Shown here in pieces: positions 14,928-28,701 of a stretch of DNA of 64,000 nt. Made by a program: the position numbers and the translations under genes. Below the pieces are notes generated by a model. That model saw only the letters and a program-made list of their open reading frames with translations, did no database searches and had not been told where the DNA came from. The stretch's first letter is position 1; each line of letters begins with the position of its first letter. Source of the DNA: the human T2T-CHM13v2.0 reference genome, Homo sapiens; the NCBI RefSeq assembly GCF_009914755.1, contig NC_060931.1. One strand, given 5' to 3'.

Positions 14928-17809
14928 AATCCATCTTGGTCCCAAGAGTTTTACCAATACTAAAAATGTTATTGACACTGCAGTAGTTGCTCTGTATGAT
15001 TTATGGGTGGATTTACATTATCCTTTAATATGACCAAATGGAACTGCATTTCAGAGAAGTGAAAGCCTGCAGCCACAGTACAGAACATGACATTTTAAAT
15101 TTTGACCTAGCAGCTTGAAGCTGGATCATGCTGTTGCAGAACAGATTTTAAGCTGTAGGATACTGTGTGTCTACTAATGTCTTCCACAAGAAAATATACA
15201 ACGTTTAGAGTACTTATCCTATTTGCAAAAGTCAAGACTTAGAAATGCAAGGGCTGTAGCCTGGAAGAGAAAGAAGCAAAGATCTTGCAGCTGAGCCAGC
15301 CCAGGATCACAGCTGGCTAAAAAAGCAAGCCAGTGGTTGCCAAACCCACAGAAAACAGGGCTTTTGAAAGACAACATAGAGATTGGTTTTGTTCCTCTTT
15401 TAGAAAGAATTTTTATTTGTTTATTTATTTATTTGTACATAATGTGTCTTCAATTCATATTTTTGCAGAAAGGTGTCTACTTTTCTTTTTTTAGCTTTAG
15501 TGCTCTGAAAGTCTAAAAAGCAAAATGTCCTCGAATAATTTCAACATGGCTCCAATTAAAAACAGAAGTGCCCTTCCCACATGGTTACATGTATCATACC
15601 ACAGCATCAACCAGTTCACATTAATAGCCATGGTATTCAGAAACCACAAAAAAGGCTTTTTGAACCATCAGCACTAGAATATTGGCTTATAATTATTACT
15701 GATTAAAATTATCATTAACTTGCATAGTAACAATGCTTCAAGCATGTTCAGGTAAAATCATTTAGCTTATTTGACTTTATAGTTTTTGGTGTGTAATTAT
15801 CACACATAACTCGCTTTTTCTTAACTCTATTTCTGATGTAGGCTGTCTTGATAGCAAGCCATGTAGGTCTCCGCCAAATTATCTTAATTGATTTCAGAGT
15901 AGTGTTATCTATTTTGAAGTTTTAATGTTTAAGCTAAAATAAGCTTCTGGGAGCATTTGCTGTTCCAGTCACAACATACAGCTGATATGATCATCTTTCT
16001 CAACTGACTCCCTTCATCATAAAGTCGCTAAATTCATTCATTACTTAGGCATAATTATTGCTTAACTCTTGAACAATTTGTACCCCTTGTACCTCAGCAA
16101 GTCTCTAGTGCTGACACTGACATTTTATAATCTTTCTAAATCATCACCTAACATCTTAACAGTGATGTAATAGCAATGTTAGCTTATTACAAACAATCCA
16201 AAAAATCTAAAACTCTTTATAGAGGACATTTGATAATGAATGCAGCAAGCTAGAAAAAAAGTTGGTGACTGCTCTCATGTCTAAAAAGTTAAAGGGCAAA
16301 AATTCTGCTGATAACCTTTTTTTCACCTCTGTGCTCATCTTATGAGCCTGGCAAATAAAGCTTACCATAAAATACTAGCAAGAGTTGAAAAAATTGTGTT
16401 AGAACCATAAAAATTCTGGCTTGGGGGACTTTTATCTTCTGATGTTCAACTAAACTATTCCCACAATAGATTCAAGGATACCTGAGAAGGGTTGGTATAA
16501 TCATTACAGTAAGATATTGATGTTTTTTCTTTGGTTTGTGGTTAGAATTCTATCATAGACATAACAAACTTGCTTCAGTGAGCTCTCACTGCCATAGGTG
16601 AGATGAAAGATCTTGAGGTGTTTCTTTCATCCGTCAAGGCACCAAAAGAGAATATGTTGCCACCAAGAATCTGTAAACAATTTCCCAACTGGTGTGCATC
16701 AATTTTGACTAACATGTTCCTGCTGATTAGAAAAGCAGGTGTTTCTTTTTATGAGTGGAAATGGATTACGTTTTCCTAGTGTTTACATAGGACAACAAAC
16801 AGGATCCAGGTAGCTCTTGCCCAAGAGAGGTTTTGGATGGTGCCTTCGGTTATGTGGCAAACACCTACTGTGAACAAGCTAAAACCTGGAAAGAATACAA
16901 TAATGTTATCAACACAAACCTGGCTGCAGAAGGGACAAATCCACAACCAACTGATATGTTATTATTCATTAGTCTAATCAATTATGCAGACCTTATATAA
17001 TATCTTCCTTTTTTGGCAAATGTAGCTACAGCTTTTGACTCAGTCAACAAAAACCATCTGGCATCAAACTACCACTAATACCAGCAGGTTTCCTTTGATT
17101 CTGGTACTATAGAAAGAAGAAAAGAAGGGAGTTTTGGTTCTTTGTCAGAGATGGTTTTCCACTATTAATTAATTTTAACCCTATAATCTTTATTATATAA
17201 TCTTAATTAAATAAAAGATTATTTGGCCTAGAAATAAAGTGTTTTACTTTCTCCTTTAAACTTTACAAGTTTACTATCTAACCACAATTTAAAAATTAAA
17301 AAGAAAGAAACTTTAAATTCATCCGGTAAAAAAAAAAAAACTGAAATAATGACTTTTAGGGAAAAAAAAGATACAAATATGGTTAACATAGTTAGCTGAT
17401 ATAGAAGAACCCAGAATTTAACTTTCAGCATGGCTATTTTTAATGAATTAGTATGGAAATTTAATTCAATAGATATTTTTGAGTATCTACTCTATGCAAG
17501 CATTGTACTACTGCTGTAAAGTGAGTTAGAAGAGCATTTTATAGGACTCCCGTAAGTATCTCAAAATCAGCATATCCTTAGAGGGAGAATTAATATTTCC
17601 TTTAAACTTTCCTCCCCTCTGGTATTCCCTAATTTACTCTATCACACTACCATTTATAAACTAGAGCTATCTTCGACTTTTGCTTATCTTTCTCCAGCCC
17701 TTTCACGACCCTTAACCAGCCAGTTACCAAATCCTGTTTACAAGCTATATATTTTCCACGTCTTTCTCCTACACTACATTCCAACTGCCTTGACCTTGTT
17801 TATTCTTTT

Positions 17810-19700
17810 ACTAAATCATTCAACATTTATTTTGTGGTCCAGTTCTTGAACTAAACAGTAGTAATATAAAAATAAATATGACGTACTCTATGCCCTCAGG
17901 ACATTGCAATCAGGGTCAGTCCTAAAAACCCATATTATGAAACAATACCTTTGATAGCACATCAGATATATGAATAAGATATTGTGAAACACCAAGAAGA
18001 GGCACTCAATCTAAGGATTAAGTGTTTCTTCTTGAATTACCATCCAAGTTAATTGTTGAAGGATGAACAGGACTTAATCAAGGTAATAAGATAATGGTAG
18101 AAGGAAGGCCATTGCAATCCCATAGAATAATGTGAACCAAAGTAGCTCTGAAATACCTGATGTTCTCATAATCACAGGCAATCCTGTATATAGTAGAACA
18201 TAAATCACAAAAGAATATTTGAAAAAAGTAGGTGAGGGCAAGATCATGGTAAGAACTGGATGATCCTGTAGGTGATGGAGACCCACTGAAAGGTTTTCAG
18301 GAGAGGAGTGAGATGGTCATGGTTTTGTTTCAAACAGTTAAGACTAATAACAGTGAGCAAGGAAGATTTGAAGAAGAACAAGTTAGAGAAGTTAGGAGAT
18401 TTTTTTTTTCTAGAAGTCAGGTGAGAGATTGTAAAGTTCCACCCAAACCAGGACAGAGAGTATAAAAGAGAAGTGTAAGTATAAGAGAGAAGTGGACAAA
18501 AGCAAGCCTGGTTTTAAAAAATGATATCTATAGATCTTATTTGTGGCATGCAGGAGTGGGAAGAATCAAAGATGACTCCTAACTTGAGTGATGGATTAGG
18601 GAGAGAAACTGGCAATTGAGACAAAGAATGACTGAAAAGTCACCTTATTAGGAAAAGATGATGAGTTCAATTTTGAACATGTTGTATTTGAGTTGCCTGT
18701 AGGACATCCAGGTGGAGATCTCCAATGGGCAGTTGGATATACAAATATGACACTGGAGGGACTGGTAGGGATGAGAGATGGCACAGGGAGTCATCAGAAA
18801 ATAGGTTGTAGTTGAAACCATGAAAATAGATCATCCACAGAGCCCAGACTCATTGACATCCTGCGTGAACTGCAGAGTTTTGGTAGAGGTGCAAGTGTAT
18901 TCTGTGTGGCAGAGAAGATGGCAGGTGGTGACGGCTGCATTGCCTACACGTCATCGACAACCCACCTCTTCTTTCCCATCTTAATCCACTGTGCGATCTC
19001 TCAAGGGCTGTAGGCACTTAGCCCTGAATCCTCCTCTGAGACGGCTTTGCCTCCTGCTGTTCCCCCTGAGCGAATTAAATAAGTCTTTGCCCTGTGCCCA
19101 CTGTATGTGTGAGGTCATGCAGGTTACGTTTTTAACTTCCAAAAAGAAAAGAAAATACGTCATCCAGAGAAAGTGAGTAGAGTGGCTGAGAAAGAAACTC
19201 CTGGAAACACCAATATTTAAGCAAAGTCTGGAGAAATAGGAGCATTTGAACTTAGAGCATAAACTAATAGCGGGAAAACTCAAGTAGAAGGTGAAGCCAT
19301 GGAAAGCCACAGAGTAACCATTTGTGAAAAGGAGAGATGGAGACAGGGTCAGTGTTGTCAAATGTAATAGATAGATCTATTAAGGTGAGGATTCCAAAAT
19401 AATGTTTTTGGCATGAAGCAGGGGAGTCCTTTCTGATCATCTTAAGAGTGGTTTTGGTAAAATGTCGGGGCAAGAATTAGACTAGAATAGTTGAAGAGGT
19501 ATAGGAAGTGAGAAAGGGGGCTCATAATAGCTTTCAACAAATAAAAATAAGAAAAGGGTAAAAATATTGGATTTAAAGGAGGAAAGACTTTGGCATGTTT
19601 TTAAACAGAGAGGAAATAATCAATACCAAGAGACAGAATAAAAATACAGGACAAAGAAGGACAGTTGGAGAAAGGCCCCTGAGGAGCAGGTTGAGGATTC
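17810..19700 (-). mobile_element. L2 LINE remnant, split by a younger insert at ~18841-19150
   Basis: Classic L2 strings such as gagttcaattttgaacatgttgtatttgagttgcctgtaggacatccaggtggagat and cagtgttgtcaaatg. Confidence 0.75.
18841..19150 (+). pseudogene. Unidentified retroposed insert (probable 5'-truncated processed retrocopy)
   Basis: About 300 bp of non-L2, CpG-richer sequence ending in AAAAAGAAAA. Flanked by direct repeats GAAAATAGATCATCCACAG (18822-18840) and GAAAATACGTCATCCAGAG (19151-19169). Confidence 0.6.
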
Positions 19701-22700
19701 AGGTAAATAGTGTGTGGGGTGGCAAATGAACAAGGTGGGGAGGAGGGTCTCTCCTTCTCTATCATTTCTTTGCCCTCAGCTATTGCAATATTTTTATCTC
19801 AGAGCCTCCAGTGTCAACTACTTGAATCCGTACTTCTTACCCCCCACCAGGAGAATGTTCCTATACTTCACATTCGGTGTTGTCATTTAAAAATCTTTCA
19901 ATGACCCTGTGCTGAAGATGAGTCACAGATTCCTACACTCCTTTTTTAGAAATGTAGTTTCAAACAGTTCTTTCTGTGTAAAATGATTAGTGCTCATTCA
20001 ATCATCTGTAAGTGAATTCTATCCTCTGCTACTAGCTGATTAGATTAGAGATCAGTGCCCAGTGAGAATAAATTCACTGGTCATGAGGGAGCCCAGCCTT
20101 TTCTGAGATGACTTGATACAAAATCCTGTTTCAAAGGGAGTACCCTATATTGAATGGTTGTAACACCAATTAAATCAAGGTCTCTCTCTTAAGAAGGATA
20201 ATTAAATGGAGGGTCAACAAACAGTGAAAGTAACTTATGTTGAACTACTATTATGACTCCATAAGGCAGCTATACTACCCAGCCTTTTCAATACTGAAAC
20301 CTAGAATGTCAGTGTGACTAAAAAAGAGATGCTGACTCATAAACTCCTTCATGTTCTTTGCAATAAACCCCCATGTCAGGGAGTTTATTACTAGCCTTTA
20401 AGAACCAAGCTAAGCCAGAGTTTGAACTATTTTGATTACCATTTCCTACATTAAGGTTTAATGTTCTAATTTGGTGAAAACAGGTTTTGTTTTTTGAGAA
20501 ATACTGAATACACCTCCACCTTATGGGTTCTCAGATAATAATATTAGTATATTAAATAATCCCAAAAGTTCTTACACTAAAGAAGCTGGTTAGCTTAGTG
20601 TGACCCAGTTTTTCCCCAGCATTTTTGACCACAGAATGACTTTTCCTTATTTTTTTTATCACAACTATTAACACCCCACTAAACACACTTTGAGAAAATT
20701 GGCATAAGGATAAGGTCTAAAAAATCATGCATGAAGTACAGACTAAATGAGGCAGATTGACCACAAGCATTTATCTTCCCTTCCACTTGAAACCCCAAGA
20801 AAAATACTTTAAAGACATAAAGCTACTCACTCACTCCCCACCCCCCGCCACAAAGAAAAAACAGAATAACTCATAACAGACAAGAAATCTGAATTCATTT
20901 GAATTCATTCTATGAAGTTTGACTTAGCAGGCAAAATAAGGTACAACTGAAAGTGCCGAGAGAAGAGAAATACTAGCTGTGAGTGAGGCATACTTGCTGT
21001 TCAGATCCTATGCTGAAAAAGATAAGGCTGAGACACAGGTCAGAAAACAATTGGCTAGAAGTCTATGTGCAAAATTGGTAGACCCCTGAGTTCCTTACCC
21101 CAGCCCATACAGTTGGGAATCTATATCATCACATACAATATCTTTTAAAATGGAACTGCAGAAAGTCTGGACTCAGAAACACAAGTATAGTAAAGAATAA
21201 ATTAATCTAGAGGCTGAAAACAGAAAGATGAAGGTAAAGTTGGCGTGTGAAGGGAGGAGCCCTGAACTTTTCCCTAGACCTCCTAGCATTCCACAGTCAG
21301 GCAGAGGGTCCCTCAGACAGGAGGCTGGAGAGCTCTTCTGACATGAAACTGAATGACCCACCGGAAGATCTTCTTTGAAAAGGCCAGAGTGGTGCTGAGC
21401 AAATTAATACAGTGAAGTCATCAGTTGGAAATGTTAGTCCCCACACAAATTGTGTAACATTTAGTGCCTTAATCTTAAATAAAATATTTAAGTTCAAGAG
21501 CGTTAGATAGAAACAAATACCTGTGTGTTAACGTCCAATAGATTCCAAGACCCAAGATGCACATCTAAATAGAGCAAAAGAGGAATTAGCTTATGCTAAG
21601 ACTAGTACAGGTCATTCCAATAGTGTAAAAACTCAGCAACATAGATATTCAGCCACTTGGGAAATTGAGTTTAAGACAGGGGAATTTAGTGTCTGGGGAA
21701 CTGCATGAGACTGTAAGATAGAACCAACAGTTTAATATTAAACTGGTAAACTTCTGGTCTGGAGCTCCTTACAATCAGTCTCCGCACCTCAGAGCAGAAT
21801 TTGTTCCCAGAGCCAACGCTCAGCGTTGTCCAAGGGCAGGAGTTACAAAGCCTCAGCTGTCAGAGTAAGAAGGGCTGGGGATTAGAGGAAGGGTGGGGGA
21901 CAGACAATATGCTGACTGCAAATCTGGAAACACCAAAACAAAACAAAACTCATTCCTAAAGAAAGTTTTAGTCTTGCCCCCTAATCCCCAGCATCTTTGA
22001 CAGATTCAGAAGTTGGATTCCCTTCAATCAAAACACAGTTTATTTCATGTGGCCATAATTAAATATTTGGGGGCAAAGGGATGAAATGAAAGAATTCCCT
22101 ATTATCTGTCAAAATTGCATGATGTCCTGAAGTGAAATTATGAGTTATAAGGACTAACTTCTAGCTATTGTTTGTCACGTTATTTTTATTCCACTTTTGT
22201 GAATTCTTAGGCTACTTTTTCAGCTGGTCATAATTTGGTGACTGGATCTTGGATTGAATGCCATCTGCAGAATGACTACATCCAACAAAAAGTACTTCAA
22301 CAGTATACATTTGTCTTAAGACTAACACATTTGCCTGGCCAATCTCATGTTTTCCAGCCTCAGAAAGCCATTACCCTGTCTCCTCTTCAGACCCCATCCA
22401 TGATGAAACATATTTGTAATCAGAGCATCCTCTAATCCAGTATAGGACAATTTTGGAACACTTGCACCATAAAAATTGTTTTCTATTTTATTCTGTGGAT
22501 CTGGAACCACATCAGAAGTTCTTTGTGGGTTATTCAGGTCAAGATCAATCTTAAGAAAGGTATTTGTTTGTAATCTGCCTGACACCTTTCCAGTTCACCA
22601 AGACTTCCCTTTTGTACTGGCTTTTTGGAAATTCAAAGTTATTTTTAGAATCAGCAGTTAATTGATATGGCAATACACACGTTCTGATGATGGTTTATGT

Positions 22701-25380
22701 GAAATCAATTTTGAGTGTTGAAATTACCTACATTTAATAGTGAAAGTTGCAATGTTAAGTTTGGTTTCATAATTCAAACAATTTTTTGTTCGTTTGGGAA
22801 GTCTTATAATTCCCATAGGCCAAATCCAGTCAAGTTGAATTGTGACCATTTGTATGCCTTCTAAAATGTCTCTGTACCCACGTTTTTAATGGTGTAGAGA
22901 TGTGGAAAGATCTATAATTATAAACTGGCAGATCCCTTACCATATAAGGAAACTATAAAAAAGTAAATGTTATGTCTACAACCCAAAGCACAGAATTTCA
23001 ATTCTTGCTACACTGAGTCACAGAAAAGTGTGATCATTTAATAGCCTATAAGATCTTATACTTATAAAACTCCATTTAGCTCCAAAATTGTTTTCCTAAA
23101 TTTCTATAGTCAGTATATTTAAAATATTTGTCTTTGAAACACTGTAATTTTTACTTGAAAGTCTTGAAAGTCTTACATGTAACTTAATCAAATGTGAACA
23201 TTGCTGTGAGAAAAACCATTTTTCTTATAAGACTTATGGAACAATGCTGATCAAACAGATTGTCATGCAGCATGGAGATAAATTGTCCTTCACTATCTCT
23301 TCCTACTTTAAAACGTACTTCAATGTAGCAAATTCACAAAAAGAAAATAAACACAAAAGTAAAGAGGAGTTACTTCAAAGTGGCAAAATAAAAATTGTCC
23401 TTTAACACTCATATTTAACATATTACAAACATTTGCCAAATCACACATGTATGTATTATTAACCACATGTAGTAGCTCCTTTCCTCTTAGATATACCTGT
23501 CTCTTTTTCAGTGGTCAAGTCATCTGCACCCAAATTTAGAGAAGCATTTGATGTATCAAGCCATTAGAATTTGTTTCTGATTAAGGTAACCATGGTATAC
23601 AAACATCTGAGGCCTTTTGTCTCTGTGTCAAGGCCTAAATCTTTCACTGATGTTTTCTAATGGCTCATTTTGTTGTTTACTATTATTATTATGCTTCAAA
23701 GGTAACCTAACGTGTATTGCAAGCAGCTTTCTTTCAAAGTCACATTCCAGTCGACCCTTTAGTTGGATTTTAATAACCCCAAATGGCTCTCTGATTTTGG
23801 AAAGGACCCAAATGGGCACATTTCCACCCATGAGATCAAAGGAAAGGAGCAATTTGCTCCTTACTGTACAGGTATCAAACATCTTTCACCGGAATAACAT
23901 TTCCAAGCCTTAAAAATGTAGCTAATTCCTTTTTCTCCAGTTTAGAGCCTATAAGAGTAAGTAAAATAAGGTAATATTTTGAATCTCAGGGACTCAGAAA
24001 CAGCAGTTTGACAGCAATGCTGGACACTGAATTTTACACATACGTTCAAAGGAATAATAGCTGTGTGAACAGATGATCTTGCCCACCATAAATTAGCACT
24101 AAGTCTTTTGAATGTACTAAGGAACTATTCATAACATGGAAACAACATGGTGCCTGACCTTGGGGAGCTAGTCTCAGACAATGTCTTTGAAGTCATTTCA
24201 TTCTTGTTCTTACTTCAAGTATCTTAGTCATGTGTCTTTATATAGTCCCCTTGAGGGTAGGGACCATATCTGAATTACTCCATGTGTTTCCTGACACAGA
24301 CAACTCTGAAGATTGAAAGATGGATATTACATGGAAAAAAAATCATTAAATTTTAATTCTACAAGATACAGAATCATTTTGTTTCTCTTATACTTTTTCA
24401 TTACAAAAGGATTCCATGAATTCTTTTTCACTATAACAATTAAAAATAAGTATATACAATAAAAACAAAAACTCCTTTCTTCTACATAGAGACTCAATTA
24501 GCCCTTTGGTACATAGTTCTGTTTTAAATCTACATTCCTGATTTTAATCTCACACAATTAAAAGTATTAGGACCACATTTATGGTCACTGGATTTATGTA
24601 AGATTGGGGTTTATATAGAACTACCTTATTTCACCATAAACATTTTAGGGAATAGTAGTTTAAACCTCATTTTAATCTGCAATGTGAATTTTCCTATTCT
24701 TCTATCTCAGTATTGAATTCTCCTTGTACTCAGCTTTTAATTTATATTTTGCCATCAAGTTCTAGAAAGCTATCTACAAAGGAATTTGCACCCTTAATCT
24801 AGACAAGAACACAATAATGTAAGACAAAATATACTTGCCAGTTTAACTAAAATGTATTGAGCATGCAATGCATTCCAGCTCCTGTGCTAAGCTCTATGTT
24901 TAGATTTCTAGTCACTAAGAGTAGGGAAGAGAGACATACAGAAACTTTAAATACAATATATGTGACCCTCTTTACCCTGACTCTGTTCCTCATCTGCTCA
25001 TGTTGGAACTGTAACTCTGTGTAAGTATGATAGGTCCTCCCAAACAGGGGCTCTGGGACAAGCCCACTCCCATGGGCTCAGAGCTGTTCCAGCACACACT
25101 GCTACCTCTGATTTCTTGTTGCCTGTCTAAGAGCACACATGCTGCAGCCGCCCCAGGCACTAATCATGGTGACTGTCTCCCATGGTTCTGCCTGATACAT
25201 GCCCTCATGGTCCCAAATCTGCACAACTGTCTGTGCAGAGCCTTATTCTGTCCCTTTGTGTATTCTCAGTTGGTGGGTTTCCAAAGCCCGGGCTCCAATG
25301 AGTTATACTGTTTAGTGAAACACTTTTTTCAGCAGTTACTTATAGTTGCTCACAGTATCATAGAACTCAGTTACTCTCAC

Positions 25381-27706
25381 TGTATTAGTCCGTTCTCATG
25401 CTGCTATAAGCACATACCTGAGACTGGGTAATTTATAAAGGAAAGAGGTTTAATTGACACACAGTTCAGCACGGCTGGGGAGGACTCAAGAAACTTACAA
25501 CTGGCAAAAGGGGAAGGAAACACGTCCTTCTTTACATGGCGGCTGCAAAGAGAAGTACAGAGTGAAGTGGGGGAAAAGTCCCTTATAAAACCATCAGATC
25601 TTGTGAGAACTCATTCACTATCATGAGAACATCATGGAGATAACCATTATTAATACCTCCCACGAGGTCCCTCTCATAACACGTGTGGATTATGGGAACT
25701 AAAACTCAAGATGAGATTTGGGTGGGGACACAGCCAAACCATATCATTCTGCCCCTGGCTCCTCTCCAAATCTCATGTCCTCCCATTTCAAAACGTAATC
25801 ATGCCTTTCCAACAGTCCCCCAAAGTCTTAGCTAATTCCAGCATTAACCCAAAAGTCAAAGTCTAAAATCTCATCTGAGACAAGGCAAGTCCCTTCCACC
25901 AATGAGCCACCAAAACCAAAAGCAAGTTAGTTACTTCCTAGATAAAATGGGGGTACAGACATTGGGTAAATACACCCATTCCAAAGGGGATAAATTGGCC
26001 AAAACAAAGGGGCTAGAGGCCCCATTCAAACCCAAAATCCAGCGGGGCAATCATTAAACCTTAAAGTTACAAAATGATCTCCTTTGACACTAGGTCTCAC
26101 ATCCAAGTCATGCTGATGCAAGAGGTGGTCTCCCCCAGCCTTGGGCAGCTCCCCTGTGGCTTTGCAGGGTACAGCCTCCCTCCCAGCTGCTTTTACAGGA
26201 TGGCGTTGAGTGTCTGTGGCTTTTCCAGGCACACAGTGCAAGCTGTTGGTGGATCTACCATTCTGGGGTTTGGAGGACAGTGCCCTTCTTCTCACAGCTT
26301 CATTCAGCAGTGCCCCAGTGGGGTCACTGTGTGGGGGCTCTGACCCCACATTTCCCTTCTGCACTGTCCTAGCAGAGCTTCTCCATGAAGTTTCCGCCCC
26401 TGCAGCAAACTTCTGCCTGGACATCCAGGCGTTTCCATACATCCTCTGAAATCTAGGTGGAGGTTCCCAAACTTAAATTCTAGTCTTCTGTACACCCGCA
26501 GGTCCAACACCATTTGGAAGCTGCCAAGGCTTGGGGCTTGAACTCTCTAAAATAATGACCTGAGTTGTGTATTTGCCTCTTTTGGCCACAGCTGGAGCTG
26601 AAGCAGCTGGGACACAGGGCAGTATGTCCTGAGGCTGCACAGAGCATGAGGCCTTAGGCCTGGCCCACTAAATCATTTTTCCCTCCTAGTCCTCCAGTCC
26701 TGTGATGGGAGGGGCTGCCATGAAGGTCTCTGACATGCCCTGTTGACATTTTCCCCATTGTCTTGGTGATTAACACTTGGCTCCTCATTACTGATGCAAA
26801 TTTCTGCAGCTGGCTTAAATTTCTCCCCTAAAATGTGTTTTTCTTTTCTGTTGCATCATCAGCTGCAAATTTTTTAAACTTTTAAGCTCTGCTTCCTCTT
26901 GAACACTTGCTGGTTAGAAATTTCTTCTGCCAGATACCCTAAATCATGTTTCTCATATTCAAAGTTCCACAGATCTCTAGGGCAGGGGCAAAATGCCACC
27001 AGTCTCTTTGCTAAAGTATAACAAGAGCCACCTTTGCTCTAGTTCCCAACAAGTTCCTCATCTCCCTCTGAGACCACCTCAGCCTGGACTTTATTGTCCA
27101 TGTCACTGTCAGCATTTTGGTCAAAGTCATTCAACAAGTCTCTAGGAAGTTCCAAACTTTCCCATATCTTTGTCTTCTGAGCACTCCAAGTCTCTAGGAA
27201 GTTCCAAACATTTTCCTGTCTTCTTCTGAGCCCTCCAAACTGTTCCAACCTCTGCCTGTTAGCCAGTTCCAAGGTCACTTTCACATTTTGGATATCTTTA
27301 CAGCAGTCCCCACTACTAGGTACCAATATACTGTATTAGTCTGTTCTCACACTGCTGTGAGGACATACCTGAGACTGGGTAATTTATAAAGGAAAGAGAT
27401 TTAATTGACTCACAGTTCAGCATGGCTGCGGAAGCCTCGGGAAACTTAACAATCATAGTGGAAAAGAAGCAAACACGTCTTTCTTCACATGGTGGCAGCA
27501 AGGAGAAGTGCATGGTGAAGCAGGGGAAAGCTCCTCACAAAACCATCATATCTCCTGAGAACTCACTCACTATCATGATAACAGCATGGAGGTAACTACC
27601 CCCATGATTCAGTTTCCTCCCACCAGGTCCCTCTAATGACGTGTAGGGATTACAGGAACTACAATTCACGATGAGATTCAGGTGGGGACATGGCCAAATC
27701 ATATCA
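25381..27706 (-). mobile_element. Full-length THE1 (THE1C/D-like) MaLR provirus: LTR 25381-25746, internal 25747-27331, LTR 27332-27706
   Basis: Two homologous LTRs (tgtattagtc...ccatatca) flank a ~1.6 kb THE1-int sequence. ORFs such as 26026..26442(-) are THE1-int remnants. Flanks CTCAC/CTCCT are only a partial TSD. Confidence 0.92.
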
Positions 27707-28190
27707 CTCCTCTTTGTAGAGGTGAGACATTCCAAGTTGCATCTGAAATTAAGTAGAAGACACAGCCTCAAGGTTCTTTCCCCAGGGGTTCCTCAGTGTC
27801 ATAACTAAACAAGCATGGCAGGAATGCCCTGCCTGTCAGTGCATTACAGAGGCCTATGTATTACTGAATCCCTCAGTCCAAACCTGGGATCCTCCTAGAA
27901 GACACACTACTTTTCCACTGGCATTCTTTCTCCTACCCCTGGGAGATTCTGAAGGGTTATAAGATGAATGGCTGACCAAATTTGATTTTTATAAATCTAG
28001 TTAATATCTAGGATGATAACAGGATTACAGATGTGCTCAAGAAGTTGGTGGATGGCAGCATTGGAGAGATGTTAGAACAAGTTATCACTGGATGACATGA
28101 GTCCCCAAAGAGCAGGATTAAAGGCTGCAGATGGAAAAATGGTGTCCTTGAAGTGGCACTAGATGTTCAGAGAAAACTAACTACACCTGG

Positions 28191-28568
28191 TGTATTAGTC
28201 CATTTTCATACTGCTATAAAGGACTTCCTGAGACTGCGTAATTTATAAAGGAAATAGGTTTAATTGACTCATAGTTCAGCATGGCTGAGGAGGCCTCAGG
28301 AAACTTATGAGTGTGGCAGAAGGCAAAGAGGAAGCAGGCACCTTCTTCACAAGGTGGCAGGAAGGAGAAGTGCCAAGTGAAGGAGGAAGAGCCCCTTATG
28401 AAATTATTAAATCCCATGAGAACTCACTCACTGTTATGAAAACAGCATGGAGGAAACCACCTCCCCGATTCAATTACCTCTACCTGGTCTCTCCCTTGAC
28501 ACGTGGAGATTATGGAGATTACAATTCAAGATGGGATTTGAGTGGGGACAGAAAACCTAACCATATCA
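28191..28568 (-). mobile_element. THE1 solo LTR (THE1D-like)
   Basis: tgtattagtccattttcatactgctataaagg...aaccatatca with a perfect 5-bp TSD CCTGG at 28186-28190 and 28569-28573. Confidence 0.92.
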
Positions 28569-28650
28569 CCTGGGATTTAAAGATCATGAACCATGGTAGG
28601 ACAAGTAGCACCACCATCAGTGCCACCCTTTTATACCCCCAACCTCCTGC

Positions 28651-28701
28651 CACACAGACACAGACACAGACACACACACACACACTCACACACTCATACA
28701 C
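28651..28701 (+). repeat. Compound (CACAGA)n/(CA)n microsatellite
   Basis: cacacagacacagacacagacacacacacacacactcacacactcatacac seen directly. Confidence 0.85.

Noticed and set aside
19919-20340. AP-1 (TGAGTCA) and MARE-like TGCTGACTCAT motifs in the last intron
   Set aside because: About eight TGASTCA sites are expected by chance in 64 kb, and there is no other support from sequence.
20890-23175. Tiny tandem duplications (gaattcatttgaattcatt near 20891, cttgaaagtcttgaaagtctt near 23154)
   Set aside because: These are ordinary 9-10 bp slippage events with no further structure.
27135-27240. 52-bp tandem duplication in the THE1 internal region
   Set aside because: I recall it as a feature of some THE1-int consensus sequences, so it is probably inherited from the source element rather than locus-specific.
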